A stretch of 64,000 nt of DNA from Eledone cirrhosa (lineage: Eukaryota). A program made the translations under genes and the position numbers. The notes below the pieces were generated by a model. It was not told the origin of the DNA. It searched no databases and saw nothing but the letters and a program-made list of their open reading frames with translations. The stretch lies in assembly GCA_964016885.1 (NCBI GenBank), contig OZ024740.1, positions 180,854,001 to 180,918,000 of the forward strand, given 5' to 3'. Each line of letters opens with the position of its first letter. Within the stretch, counting starts at the first letter, position 1. Positions 27,473 through 40,000 of the stretch are shown here, one piece after another.

Positions 27473-28593
27473 ATATCGGTTTCAACACACGATTTCAGAT
27501 AAAGAATCTTGCTAAACAAATTAAATAGAGTGTTATACAGAAATTCAAACTCACTCTAACGTTTTAATACTGTTATATTCAATCTCTTCATCCTAATCAT
27601 ACCGACTGTAAACGGTGAAAAATGGCAAATTTTTCGTTGAACACTTAATTAAAAGATTTACATATAGATGCATTATTTACTACACCACTTATGACAGTTT
27701 AGAAGACCTAAGTTAAAAATGTGTTTGCTTACTTCCCCGTTGTGTTGATAAGAGACAGTAGTCAAATGAGGTGTTCTCGGTATTATGCACACAAACACAC
27801 ACACGCACACACACATATATATATTTATATATATAGACTTATATATACATACATTCATACATAAACAGATATAATCATACATACACAGATATACTCACAC
27901 ACACACACATATATATATATGTGTGTATGTGTGTATATATATAATGAATATATGTTTTTAAGTCCATGTGTATTACGCCAGCACTTTCATTTTCGAATCA
28001 GAATATATTTGATCATTGTGGTGGGAGAAAGAAATTTATTGCTAGAAGCATATTTACAATATAATGCATAACAAATACTTTTTTTTCTTTCATTTTTTCT
28101 GTTGGTCTGTATCTAATCAGTACAATATACTGAGTAGTAAAATGTCTCGCTGGGAATGTCATATTTATAAACCTTGGCTATATATAAGACAGACAGACAG
28201 ACATATAGCGGCAAAATAACAAAAGACATTAATATATTGGTAGCACAAAATAATATGTACGGATTATCATAAACCAACCATTCACCCACCTCACCCATCT
28301 CAAGCTTTTTAACATCCCAAATCCTATTTCGGTTGTTAATAAGCAACAAAGGAAATAAATAACTGAAAGGTGAAATGCAAAGAAAGGAAATAATATAATG
28401 AGTATACTTTAACAATCTACCTCTGAACTAAATATATGGCATAACGGTTTTCATTAGTTTCATGAAAAGATACAAAATTTCGACAGTCCTATAGAATTCA
28501 GTGTAATGATAGAGAGCATTTTTTCTGTCAGGAAAATGTATAATGGTATTTTACATGTGCACTTTGCAACCACACGTATATTCATATTTATTG

Positions 28594-28675
<82 letters not shown>

Positions 28676-28788
28676 GTATATACATATGTATAGAGAGACA
28701 TATATATAAAAGTCATATATCAATCACTCAGTCTCTTGCTTTCTCTCTCATCGCCATAAATATATATAATTATATATATGTGTATGTG

Positions 28789-28893
<105 letters not shown>

Positions 28894-29350
28894 ACTTGTG
28901 TATATATATGACATGCGTATGCCGGTATGTAAATATTGAAGATGATCAATATGTAGCTTGGGATTATGTATGTGAATAGGTGCATATACTATAGGAACAT
29001 ATCCTTTGATATGAATGTTATTAAAGGAAAATGATTTTATACGTATTTTCTTATTTTCATTGTTGAGGTTATAGCTTATGGGAATGTTTACAAAGAAAGG
29101 AAAAAATATAATAAAAATATTTTCCACAGTGATTCGTCTGGGCAAGTATTGTACATAAATGTATTGTATATTATTATTTGTGATCGAGTAATAAGTATGT
29201 AGAGATTAGTGTGAACATATATCCACTATAATATTTAACACATACCACATACACATATTCATATCACTTAACGCGCATACCTCCGCCCACTGCATATACG
29301 TACACACAACAACATAAATACACACACACACGTACACACACATACACACA

Positions 29351-29425
<75 letters not shown>

Positions 29426-29470
29426 ATGCATATATGTATAAATATATATATATATATATATATATTTGTA

Positions 29471-29513
<43 letters not shown>

Positions 29514-29517
<4 letters not shown>

Positions 29518-30543
29518 TTGCGAGGTTTCACGAGGGAAATTAGCTAAGCAGTGTAGAAAGGCTCTGAGAAAGACCCACTTAAAAATTAAGGTGGTAGAAA
29601 AGTCAGGAACCACCATAAAATCCCTGATCAGCCAAACCTACCCTTTTAAGAAAACCCACTGTACCAATAGGAAATGTATCATATGTAACGTAAACCCCGG
29701 ATAAACTGTAAAACTAGAAACGTAGTCTATAGCATAAGATGTACAGAGGCTACTTGCAGAAACATGACAACAACATACATAGGTGAGACAGCCCGTAGAA
29801 TAGGTGAAAGGATAGACCAACACTGGGGGGAACTAAAAGGACGAAAAAACGGGTCAGTACTATACGAACATGCTAGACAACAACATGACGGTAACATAGA
29901 CAACATAGAAATTAGAATAATATCTAAATATAGAAATGACCCAGCAGATAGGCAAATCAGAGAGGCCAGTGAAATAGAACTTAGAAGACCAAGACTAAAC
30001 AGAAAGAATGAATGGAATAACAACACCCAAACAAACAACACTGACGTAAGAGAAGTATAAATAAGTAAATTAAATTAAATAAATAAATAAATAAATAAAT
30101 ACATACATACACAAGCACATAAACACACACTAGTCACCCAATCCTGAACACACATCACACATAAAACAAAACACTATACACACACGCAAACGCATGCGCA
30201 AAGAAGACAAAATAAAATAAACAAACAAGCAAATAAATAAATAAATATATAGACAGACTGAATAAAAATGGCGTAGACATACAATACAGCGGGAGGAAAT
30301 AATAGCACCACTGACGATGTTGCAGATGTGCAACGAAATATTTATGATGAACTATATATATGTGTGTGTATCCATATTGTATCTGTATTATTTTTGACCG
30401 TCGGTCAGTCAATGGCAACATTGAGGACCGAGTAGGTTACCGATATAAAAGACACAGAAGCGAAAAGCGAAAACCAACAAACAGTGAGTGTGTTCTGTTA
30501 TTAATTCTGGCAATATTACACAGATATGACCCTCCCCAAGTAT

Positions 30544-30547
<4 letters not shown>
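29514..30547 (+). mobile_element. Penelope-like element 3' fragment (Cys-rich linker, GIY-YIG, pLTR with hammerhead) inside (TA)n
   Basis: CTNRKCIIC..CKTRNVVYSIRC then ORF 29764-30060 YIGETARRIGERIDQH..RQIREASEIELRRPRLN; (TA)n on both sides. Confidence 0.88.
30306..30349 (+). ncRNA. Minimal type I hammerhead ribozyme motif
   Basis: cacca CTGACGA t-gttgca-gatg-tgcaac GAAA tatt TA tgatg (one stem I mismatch). Confidence 0.75.
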
Positions 30548-30621
<74 letters not shown>

Positions 30622-30728
30622 ATAATAATAAATTTGAAGACTAAAATCTAAAGAGGGCTCGATAAGGGTAAATATATACCAGATATATAAGAACCGTAGA
30701 GAAAATATTTATTAAAATAACAGATTAA

Positions 30729-30779
30729 AGTTTAAGCAAAAAATCGCTGCTTTCAACCTTAACGGGATCTTCTGAAACT
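30729..30779 (-). ncRNA. Hammerhead-like motif with variant core CAGAAGA
   Basis: agttt CAGAAGA tccc-gttaa-ggtt GAAA gca-gcgattttt-tgc TT aaact. Confidence 0.55.
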
Positions 30780-32819
30780 AACAAAGTCAATCTGTCAACG
30801 CAGAAGTGAATATTTCAAAAAACGTTGCAACCGGAGTAAGACGGGAAGACGATACTTTGGTTCGTGGAAACGTTCCCTGGCAAAGAACGGGAAAAAACGA
30901 ATATAATCCGTCATTAATAGGAGCGGTGAAAAACAATTACACGCGAAGACAAAACTACGTTTATGGTATAAAAGAAGTCGTAGACTAATATTCAATTAGG
31001 TGGTTCATAGAGATATGCTCTGGCAATGAACGGATAAAACGAAGATAATACATCATTTGTGGAGCGATAAGAACAATTCCACGCAAAGACACAACCACGT
31101 AAATGGTATACCTGAAATCGTAGACTAAAATTCTGACTAGGAAACCGAATGATTGTCGGCTTCAGAATTAAGAATAAAGTAAATAAAATACAGATGTAAA
31201 TGAAATTAAATAAATACATACACGCATCCATATAAGTACATACACAAGCATACGGGTAAACACTCGCCATAGGTATACAAATACACGCATGCACACGAAA
31301 AAAAAAAAAACGCATGCACATACAGAACACACGCAACGCCTGTACCCGCACGCATACGAATGTATACACGAAATACACATACAAATATATGTAAAAAAAT
31401 ATATATATATATGTGTGTGTATGTGCGTGTATACATATCATCAAATAAACGTATATGAATAAATAAATACGTATATAACAAGCGCACACACATACCTACA
31501 TGTAAATACACTTATGTTCAGAGACATACGTCAACCAAAACACGAAGTACACATATACACACATCCCACATACGTATGAACCCGCATACTCACTCAGACG
31601 CAAAACTCACGTATACACATAACCAAAAGCATATGTATCAGAAAAAATAATATATACGCCATAACATATACAATGAAATATACGTACGAGAAAGTATACG
31701 TACCTTCCCAAAACATACAGGTAATATATATTTACCTATACAAATAAGTAATGGTATAAACATAACATATACTTAGCTACCACATCAAGACGTAAAATAT
31801 CCGCGTATAATATCCGGCGCAGAGGTCACATGGTCTTTTATTTCCGTTATACGATCTAGCCCTAGCTAGGATCTCCCAGTGTAACTTATATTGGGTGTGG
31901 TTGTCTTTTAGAGTCCAGATATAAGCTGAAAATGACGTCATATTCCTTCTTAAATGGTAACGAAAAGAATGGGTATGCATCTAAAGAGGCTGCTTGAATC
32001 TATTGGCGGTTAACCCTATGTAGGCCCTAGGGGACGTGGGTGTTTCAACCTTACATTTGTAGACACTGTTATTAGAGAGACATTTCCCGGATAGGGGGCA
32101 GTCAACCCGATTCCTATAATTACAGTTAGAACTAACTACAGGATTGCACGTGTTCCTACGGTTAGGTAGTTTATCTACATTTAAAGCTGTGATTTTATGT
32201 GCAAGGTTAGGAGTCGTAGAGTGAGACATTTTAATGGTATTTCGATTAAAAATATTACTATATTTATGTGTAGGGGGAAAATGCTTCATAATAGGGGAGA
32301 TAAAGATCTTAGCTAATGGTGTGGCCACTTCCATATTATATGGTGGGTTATACCATATAATGCGTCGGAATCTATTTCTTCTTGGTCTATTCTCGTACTC
32401 TGTATATGCTACCTTCTCGACAAATCCACTCCGAGCAAGAGCTTCATTGTAATATGTGGAATGGTCGTTGAAAATATGCTCCTTACATAGACAGACCGGG
32501 AAGCCTCAAAGAAACGTTTCTTACCAGGTGCTTGGTTATGCTGGCAGGATGGTTAGAATACTTACTTATGTAATTAAGCGTATCATTCGGCTTTCCATAC
32601 GGGCAATGCATGTCTATGACTTCTTTTATATCGTAGACGTGGTTTTGTCTTTGCGTTATTATATTCGTTTAATATTGCGTGTAATTGACGTATTATATTC
32701 GTTTTTTCCCGTTCTTTGCCAGGGAACGTTTCCGCAAACCAAAGTATCGTTTTCCTGTCTTCCTCCGGTTGCAACGTTTTTTGAAATATTCACTTCTGCG
32801 TTCACAGATTGACTTTGTT

Positions 32820-32870
32820 AGTTTCAGAAGATCCCGTTAAGGGTGAAAGCAGCGATTATTTGCTTAAACT
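32820..32870 (+). ncRNA. Hammerhead-like motif with variant core CAGAAGA (inverted copy)
   Basis: agttt CAGAAGA tccc-gttaa-gggt GAAA gca-gcgattatt-tgc TT aaact; all three stems form. Confidence 0.6.
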
Positions 32871-33295
32871 TTAATCTGATATTTTAATAAATATATATAT
32901 ATATATACATAGAGAAAGAGAGAGAGAGAGAGAGCGAATATGTGCTTGTGTGAGAGTGGTGGATATACAGAAAAATATAGATATATCGTATAGGCTTATA
33001 TGTCAGTATATCTTAAACATAGGCACACGCACATATGCCTGTTTCTCTTCTCATGTTCTAATAGGACCGCTGCTGAAATTCGTTTTGGAATAACAATTAT
33101 TTTAATTACGCATGGTTGTCAACCTTTACAGAACCACACAAATCAACATTTTGAGTCTTATTGTGTATTTGTATCTTAGACATTTATATTATTTAAAGAT
33201 ATATGCTTTCCAATTCACCTCACTATTGTATATACATATATATACATATACATATATAATCCACATACCCACACACACTCACGCATTATATAGAT

Positions 33296-33583
33296 AGGTG
33301 CTTGGCTCGGTGGGTTGAGCATCGTGCTTACAATCGTGAGGTTGTGTGTTCGATTCTGGGACTGCACATTATTTCAAGTTGCTCCTGTTCCCTACCTTGT
33401 AGAAATGATTTGCGAAGCAACTGGTGCTAAACTGAAGCTACCTTTACCTCTGTACAACATCGGAGGCGTGAAGAGGGGGTTTGGTATGTATGGTTGACTG
33501 CCGGTCTCATACAAACAAACTTGCCCGGAGGTGAACTTTCTATGTTAAAACCCCATTGACTGGAAGGTGTTTTACCCTTACCC
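33296..33583 (+). mobile_element. tRNA-derived SINE with (TTACCC)2 tail
   Basis: A-box tggctcggtgggtt and B-box-like gttcgattct; similar to the 15769 fragment. Confidence 0.65.
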
Positions 33584-33588
33584 TATAT

Positions 33589-33624
<36 letters not shown>

Positions 33625-36382
33625 GACAATAGATTTCTTTTACACGGATAAAAATAATATGGAATGCTTATTTACAACATTAGATGATTTTTTTTCCGGT
33701 TTCACAAGTTTCATGATTTTCAACGGCCTGGAGAGATGGAGATACGCCGACTTCTTTCTCGCATCTAATTAATATTAGGCATTTATTTCAGTTTTATACA
33801 ATAAATGTGGTTCAGATATGCTTGAAGTACAATGTGATAGGTGTAGAAAAATTCCGTGAATTGAAATTGGCATTTAGGCAATTTCAGTCCACAAATTAGG
33901 AGATGTTTGGTTCTTTCAAGTGACCGTATAATATTATAAGCTGAGGGTCATCACGTGATTACTGATCAGGCATTGAATTTGAATTTGGTGAAACATACGC
34001 GCAACAGATAATAGTGAATGTGGGAAATCGAAATTAATGCCTGCTGTATTCAATAGCCAATTATATTGTTTTTGTGGCAATCCCAAAAGTTCAAAAGTAC
34101 AGGAATTTGCTTTGTATCGGATCAGAAAAAGGAACAATTTCGTGCGTGACATCAACATGTAATCGGAATCTATGAGATTAAAAAGAAAATCATTACCTTT
34201 AAAAAATATCAAAAACAATTAAACATATATCCTATCAGTTGGTTAGTATAATCCTTTTTTTTCTTTGACATCCCTTAATCTAAATGGTGCTACGCCCCGT
34301 GGGATGCACTGAGTAACGTCCAACTCTATTGATGAGGCTTAAATTGTGTGCTTTTATAAATAATATATACTGTTTAATATAATGTGCTTTCTTTGATGCA
34401 TGTGATAATTAAACGAAAGCAAAACGCAAGCTAAGCTCTATTTCGTTAATAATCTATTGAGGTATATTTAGATTTATTGAAGGCTTCATTCACGAAATCA
34501 CGTTTTATTTCGTATATTATTTATAATATCTGTTATCGTTACGAAACTATATTCTTTTTCATTAATTTTGATAATTTCCTCATTTTCGTTAGATATCGAT
34601 GTTTTATGCGATACATTATCAGAAACCATTTGCTGTCAGTAAAGGACATTTATGATATTTGTTGCAGAATACCTGGGCTCTCAGTCCAAATCATTTTCAC
34701 TTTCTTTTTCTCACTGTCTTTAAATAAATTAGCATCAAAATCGGTTGACTTTTATATTTGTTCAACTCTCGTTATCGCTTATTTCAGAGGTAGATTTAAT
34801 TTGTCTTACAGTTTGACATCACCTGCTATGACATGCATCCCTTTAGCGGAATTGACATTATTGTAAATATTTGGGGCAGAACACATATCTGAAGAAAACA
34901 TCTCCCTTCTTCACTCCGTCCAGACTCAGATGGACTGAAAACGATTATCTATGCAGTCATACTTCCTGATTAAGCGATTTTCTATTCTGGATACTCAATA
35001 GAGTGATTATGAATACTCAATAGTCAGAATTCATGTGTGAATACATATAAAAACAACAAGAGTTTACATGCTAGAGTTCATATGCCCTCAGATTATATAC
35101 TACACTTTTATATAACTGAGTAGGTGCGTTGGAAAACACAAATATACTATACTTGAATTAAATATAGAAAATATGGATTGAAGCCCTTTTGTCACGTGTT
35201 TACTCACACAGAGCTCCTTTTCAGCTAAATACCAGAAGCCATTACTCAATATAGGCATCAACACTCTCAGCATCAATTTCCAAAATGAATTAATTTTTGT
35301 AATGGTTAAAACATATTTTATATCAAACTTTTTCATAGATTTTCTTTTGTTTTGTTGTTTGCATTATTTTTTTACTTAGTTATTTTTGTTCTTGTTTTTG
35401 CACCCCAGGTCATATTGGCCGATCGCACTTTAAGATATACCCTGGTGGACCGCCTTTCCTTAGGAGTCCGTTCCTTTTATGGAATGGTAGAGAATGTTAT
35501 GGCTGTAATTGTGATTGATCGAGAGACGAAAAGAGTTTTCCTAATTGAATCGATAGTTTCGTGAAGACTTAATGGAAATTATTTTTACATAGTTACCTCA
35601 TGGACGCGCTCACTCATACATACAGCATAGACGCATCTATGTGCGGCAATTTAATCCTGTTGTAAATGTATGCAATGGTTTATATGATTATCGAAGGTTG
35701 ATGAATCATTAAGAAGGATGTAAGTTTAAATTACCAATAGAAGTATTGTAATGATTAATGTATGCATCCTTAATAGAAATGTGGCTGCTATCCTGAGATC
35801 AGATTTGCAACATACAGAGCAATCTTTCAAAATATCGTCAGTGCGCATAAATCGAGATAGAGCACGTTGAATACCTCTTTATATACAAGCACATATGAAT
35901 GTCAGCTTAGAAACACACACAAACATACAAGCATACACACACAGAAACACAAATACATGCAGATTGTAAAAGGTGAAATTAACCTTAAATGCCAAAAACC
36001 GGGTTAATGCACGCATTAAAAAGCAGAAAGAGAAAATTGTAAGCATATAGTAAACCTTGCGACGGAATTATAAATGAAACAAGATTACGGAAGTGAATTA
36101 ATGGCAGTTAACTGATTTAAGAATATTAGTGATATAATTATATGTGTATTTCCTCAGTGAGACATACTGAATTTCCTCTGTAATATACCAAAACCTGTCT
36201 TACAATGACGCTGGAATTTATAAGGATACATTAACACATCAACTATGGTTGTGTCGATATAACCTTGCACACCATTAAACCTCTAGTTTTGACTGAGTAC
36301 CTGTATAGGAAATGTCATTAACACCACAACCGTGTGCTTATATTCAATACTTTCGATATAGTCATATATATCTAGTAGGATA

Positions 36383-36558
36383 AATAATTGTTTCTACTTT
36401 AGGCACAAGGCCAGCAATCACCCAGTACATTACTGGTACCCCGTAAGGATGAAAGGCAAAGTTAAGCTCGGCGGGATTTGAACTCAGACTGTAAAGGGAC
36501 GTAACTATGCGAGAAAGCATGGCGTCCAACCCTCTACTCATACTGCCAATTCACCCCA
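36383..36558 (-). mobile_element. OK-like tRNA SINE
   Basis: Reverse-complement homolog of 12485-12671. Confidence 0.82.
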
Positions 36559-36986
36559 AATAATACTAGGTAAGTCGTTTATTAGCATCTTTCAGAAATT
36601 AGGACCTAATATCATGGAAAGTATTTGTAGATTCAAAACTAAAAAACATAGAAGCTACAAGTAGCAACACATTAAAATATGAAGCATACAGAATATAAAA
36701 TAAAATTATACATTGTATCAACACCTTTTCTAACCCTTCACTAAATTTAAGAACTTTTGCATCAATGCTCGTAGCAGAATCATCGGCATGTACTGAGATG
36801 TAATGATTTTGATAGATTTGCAGCCTGCTAAAAGAATAAGCTGGCGAATAATGAAACCTGGAATGAGCCGCAAATGTGAAACGTAATATTGCAAATATTA
36901 TCCTTAACATTCTCCTATTATCCTTATAATTCTCAGGTTAGGAGCGTGAATTCTTAAAGCTAGCTGCTTTTGCAGCTCTATCAATA

Positions 36987-37034
36987 TATCTATCTATCTA
37001 TCTATCTATCTACCTATCTATCTATCTATCTCTA
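36987..37034. repeat. (TCTA)n microsatellite preceding E3
   Basis: Direct reading. Confidence 0.95.
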
Positions 37035-40000
37035 GAATCTAGCTGTCGTCTGTTCTACAGTGTGGATGTCATTCACTTCGCACAGAAGTTTTGTTCAAAT
37101 TTATTGAGGAAATTTTGTGAGTTCAAACTTAATTTTGATACAATTGTGTAGCTTGACCCTCCGTCTGAACTGTCAGGCGATGGGTCAGCTCATCTTTACC
37201 CCTCCTAGAGGTGAAAAACCTGTTTTAAAAAAATTTTGTGTAAAAGAATTTCAATCGTCTAACAGAAATGTTAAACGCAGCGAACGAAAATAGTGGTGGG
37301 GGGACAGCGGTAAGAGTTGCAAGCTCGCACGCTTTAGTCCCCCCTTCCTTCCCAACTAACGTCATAGAGAAGGAAGGAAAATATTAAAATAAAAACAGAC
37401 GAATCTGCGGAGAAAAAAAATGACGAAAACACAAATCTGGACATGGATTCCAACAACGAAAAAAAAAAATTTGAAAAATTGCATGACAATACTAATAACA
37501 CAAACAAAGACACAACAAACACAAAAATAACATTTGAAAATAACACCATATCAGAAAGCAAAGTAGACGACAAGATTTCATTTGCACAGAAAACAAAGAA
37601 ATCTTTGACTTATATAGCGGAAAACATTTCAGATGTGGTACGAAGGATCACGGACGCCAAACAATACATAAGTGAAGGAGAGAATGGTATTTTATCGGTA
37701 AAAATGCCTCAAGAATTCACGAAAGACATTGAAAGCCGAACGGTCAAGTTTCGGACTATCAACAACAGTACAAAAAAACCTGAACAGCCTTCTCAAGCAG
37801 ATATCAAAACAGTACTCACAGAAGTACTTATTGAAACCACTTTCATAAGAAAAAACAGACTGTATGGAAGCCTAGCAATTATCATGAAGAACGAATCGGC
37901 GGCAAAAAAATGTGCTTTGTCACCGATTCGTTCGAAAAATTTCACCTTTTATCCATCTTATATGGGGAAAAGAACTCAACGCATATGGCTGGATGCAATG
38001 ATGCCAGATGTGGACTACTGCTGGCTCATAGCTGGCTTCATCGATCCAGTGAATGACAACGTGATTTCCATTGGGAAAACCACAGGAAATGCGTTCAGTG
38101 GAACAGGTATAGAGCTGGTAGTGCAAATGAAGCCTGAACGCATCGCCCAAATACCCGACAGAATCCTATTAGAGGACCACAGGTATATAAACATTAGCGT
38201 GGAGGGGAGAAGGCCGTCCTGCCATATCTGTGCAGGCAGAGGGCACCTGAAGGCCGCTTGTCCCCAACTCAACAAAAAGAAGACCCTGCTACCAACACCA
38301 GCTCCACCACCACCACCACAACAGATAAACAAACAACAAAACTCAGTCCCACCCAACCCGTCCCTCAGTAAAACCACAACACCACCACAACACAAACAGT
38401 CACAACACATTACCCCAAAACAAAATACAGGCCCACCCAACCTCTCACTCAATAAAACAACACAACCACCGCAGACACAACACACAACACAGTCTAACAT
38501 AGTGACATCCATCTCCCCCACAAAGAAAACCAACACGGAAACATTACCAGCAAACATACCTCTTCCCTCCAACACTGAAGATAACCCAACGAATTCGGAG
38601 GAAGAAACGGAGTCCTTCAGACAGATTAAAAGGAAAAAAAGAAAACATGTGCAAAACACACAAGGCCAAACAACCCCCACCCAAATCTCAACACAATCCA
38701 ACAAAACAGAAAACACCCCTCCAGCAACAAACAAAACCAAACCTGCCCCTCCCCTCTGAGAAACACTCACACCATCCGAAAAAAAGACATTACACTATAC
38801 TTACATCAACAGAAACAATAATAAATTAAATGAACTCATATACAATAATCCTTCGGTACAAACCGAAGGTGTAAACTTTGTTTCGTCAGAAAACTACCCA
38901 CATTTAAAAATAATAATGATCCCAATAAACCTCTACCAAAAACTAAAAAAGGATTTTAAGGAGGACGTAGGACCACCCTCTGTCAAACCCATAAACCGCG
39001 TCCTACTAAAAAGCTTTCCCCCTCCCCTTCCCCTCCCCAACACAACTCCAAACACCCCAACCCCACCACACACTGACGACCCCACACCACCACAAGACAC
39101 CCCTTCACCCAACACCCCCGACCCCATGGAAGTCGTGCAACCCGAACCCCGGGAAGCGGAAAGGTAGGTCTCTACACTCTCCTTTGGCTCTGCCGACCAC
39201 ATGGATGTGTTAAGAGTAGGATGTTTGAATGCACGTGGCCTGGGCTCAACTTGGAAGCAAGCAAAGCTTCTAAATGACCTCAGGTCATGTAGTATAAATG
39301 TAATGGTTATCTGTGAGACTCGAATCAGCGTCGTGCGGCAGCTGGCCCCCACCTTCGATGACTTTGAGGTGCATGCATCTCTCTGTCAACCTGGAGGTGG
39401 GGGTGGGGTTGTTGTACTGCTGCAAAAACACCTGGGTCTTGCCGTACAGGTTGTGCACTCGGCCCCGGAGGGTCGCTTGTTGGTGCTAGACGTTGGCAGT
39501 AGTGAAAGTGCGGCCTTGAGACTGGTCGCCGTCTACTCCACTTTCGGAGCTGAACGGCCCGACTTCTTCCAGCGTTTGGAGACTTTTCTGGGAACGTCGC
39601 GTTCCCTGCTTCTAGCGGGGATTGGAATGACATCCTGGATGCACGTTGGGACTATGCAGGAGCATGTCCTAATAGAGGGGGGTGTAACAGCCTCAAGGGG
39701 TTACTCGACCGTTTTAACTTGGTCGATAGATATCGACTAGATTTTCCAACTGTGCCTACCTGGACTTGGAGAAACCACAGTGGTCAATCTAGATCGTACT
39801 TAGATAGATTCTTAGTTAGAAGTAAGGATAGGGACATATTAAGCTGTCTAGAAATGCGCACGGTTGGCTACACGGATCACAAATTAGTGACCTGCGTGGT
39901 CAATCTCGACAAAACACATAGACAGGGTCCCGGTTACTGGAAACTTAATTTGTCTTTACCGGCAAAAGAGACTTACAGAAACCGGATTAGCAGATTAGTT

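Larger units (their letters stand above)
30700..32895 (-). mobile_element. Penelope-like element (CNC..CPL..C linker type), 5'-truncated, with inverted partial pLTR
   Basis: Minus 32610->31780 reads PYGKPNDTLNYISKYSNHP, NRNTIKMSHSTTPNL, CNYRNRVDCPLSGKCL..VYKC..YIGLT. Segment 32612-32895 is the reverse complement of ~30705-30985. Confidence 0.85.

Noticed and set aside
29600-30060. Selenoprotein-type (Naiad) Penelope element
   Set aside because: GIY-YIG is C-terminal here, and I saw no in-frame TGA at conserved Cys positions and no SECIS
36599-36910. ORF with ISVHADD, resembling the RT YADD motif
   Set aside because: No other RT motifs are recognisable around it
38015-38770. Long antisense Val/Gly/Leu-rich ORFs opposite ORF1 (also 52643-53269, 53605-54165, 43080-43668)
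   Set aside because: Shadow frames of A/C-rich low-complexity ORF1 sequence, with no evidence of a conserved antisense product
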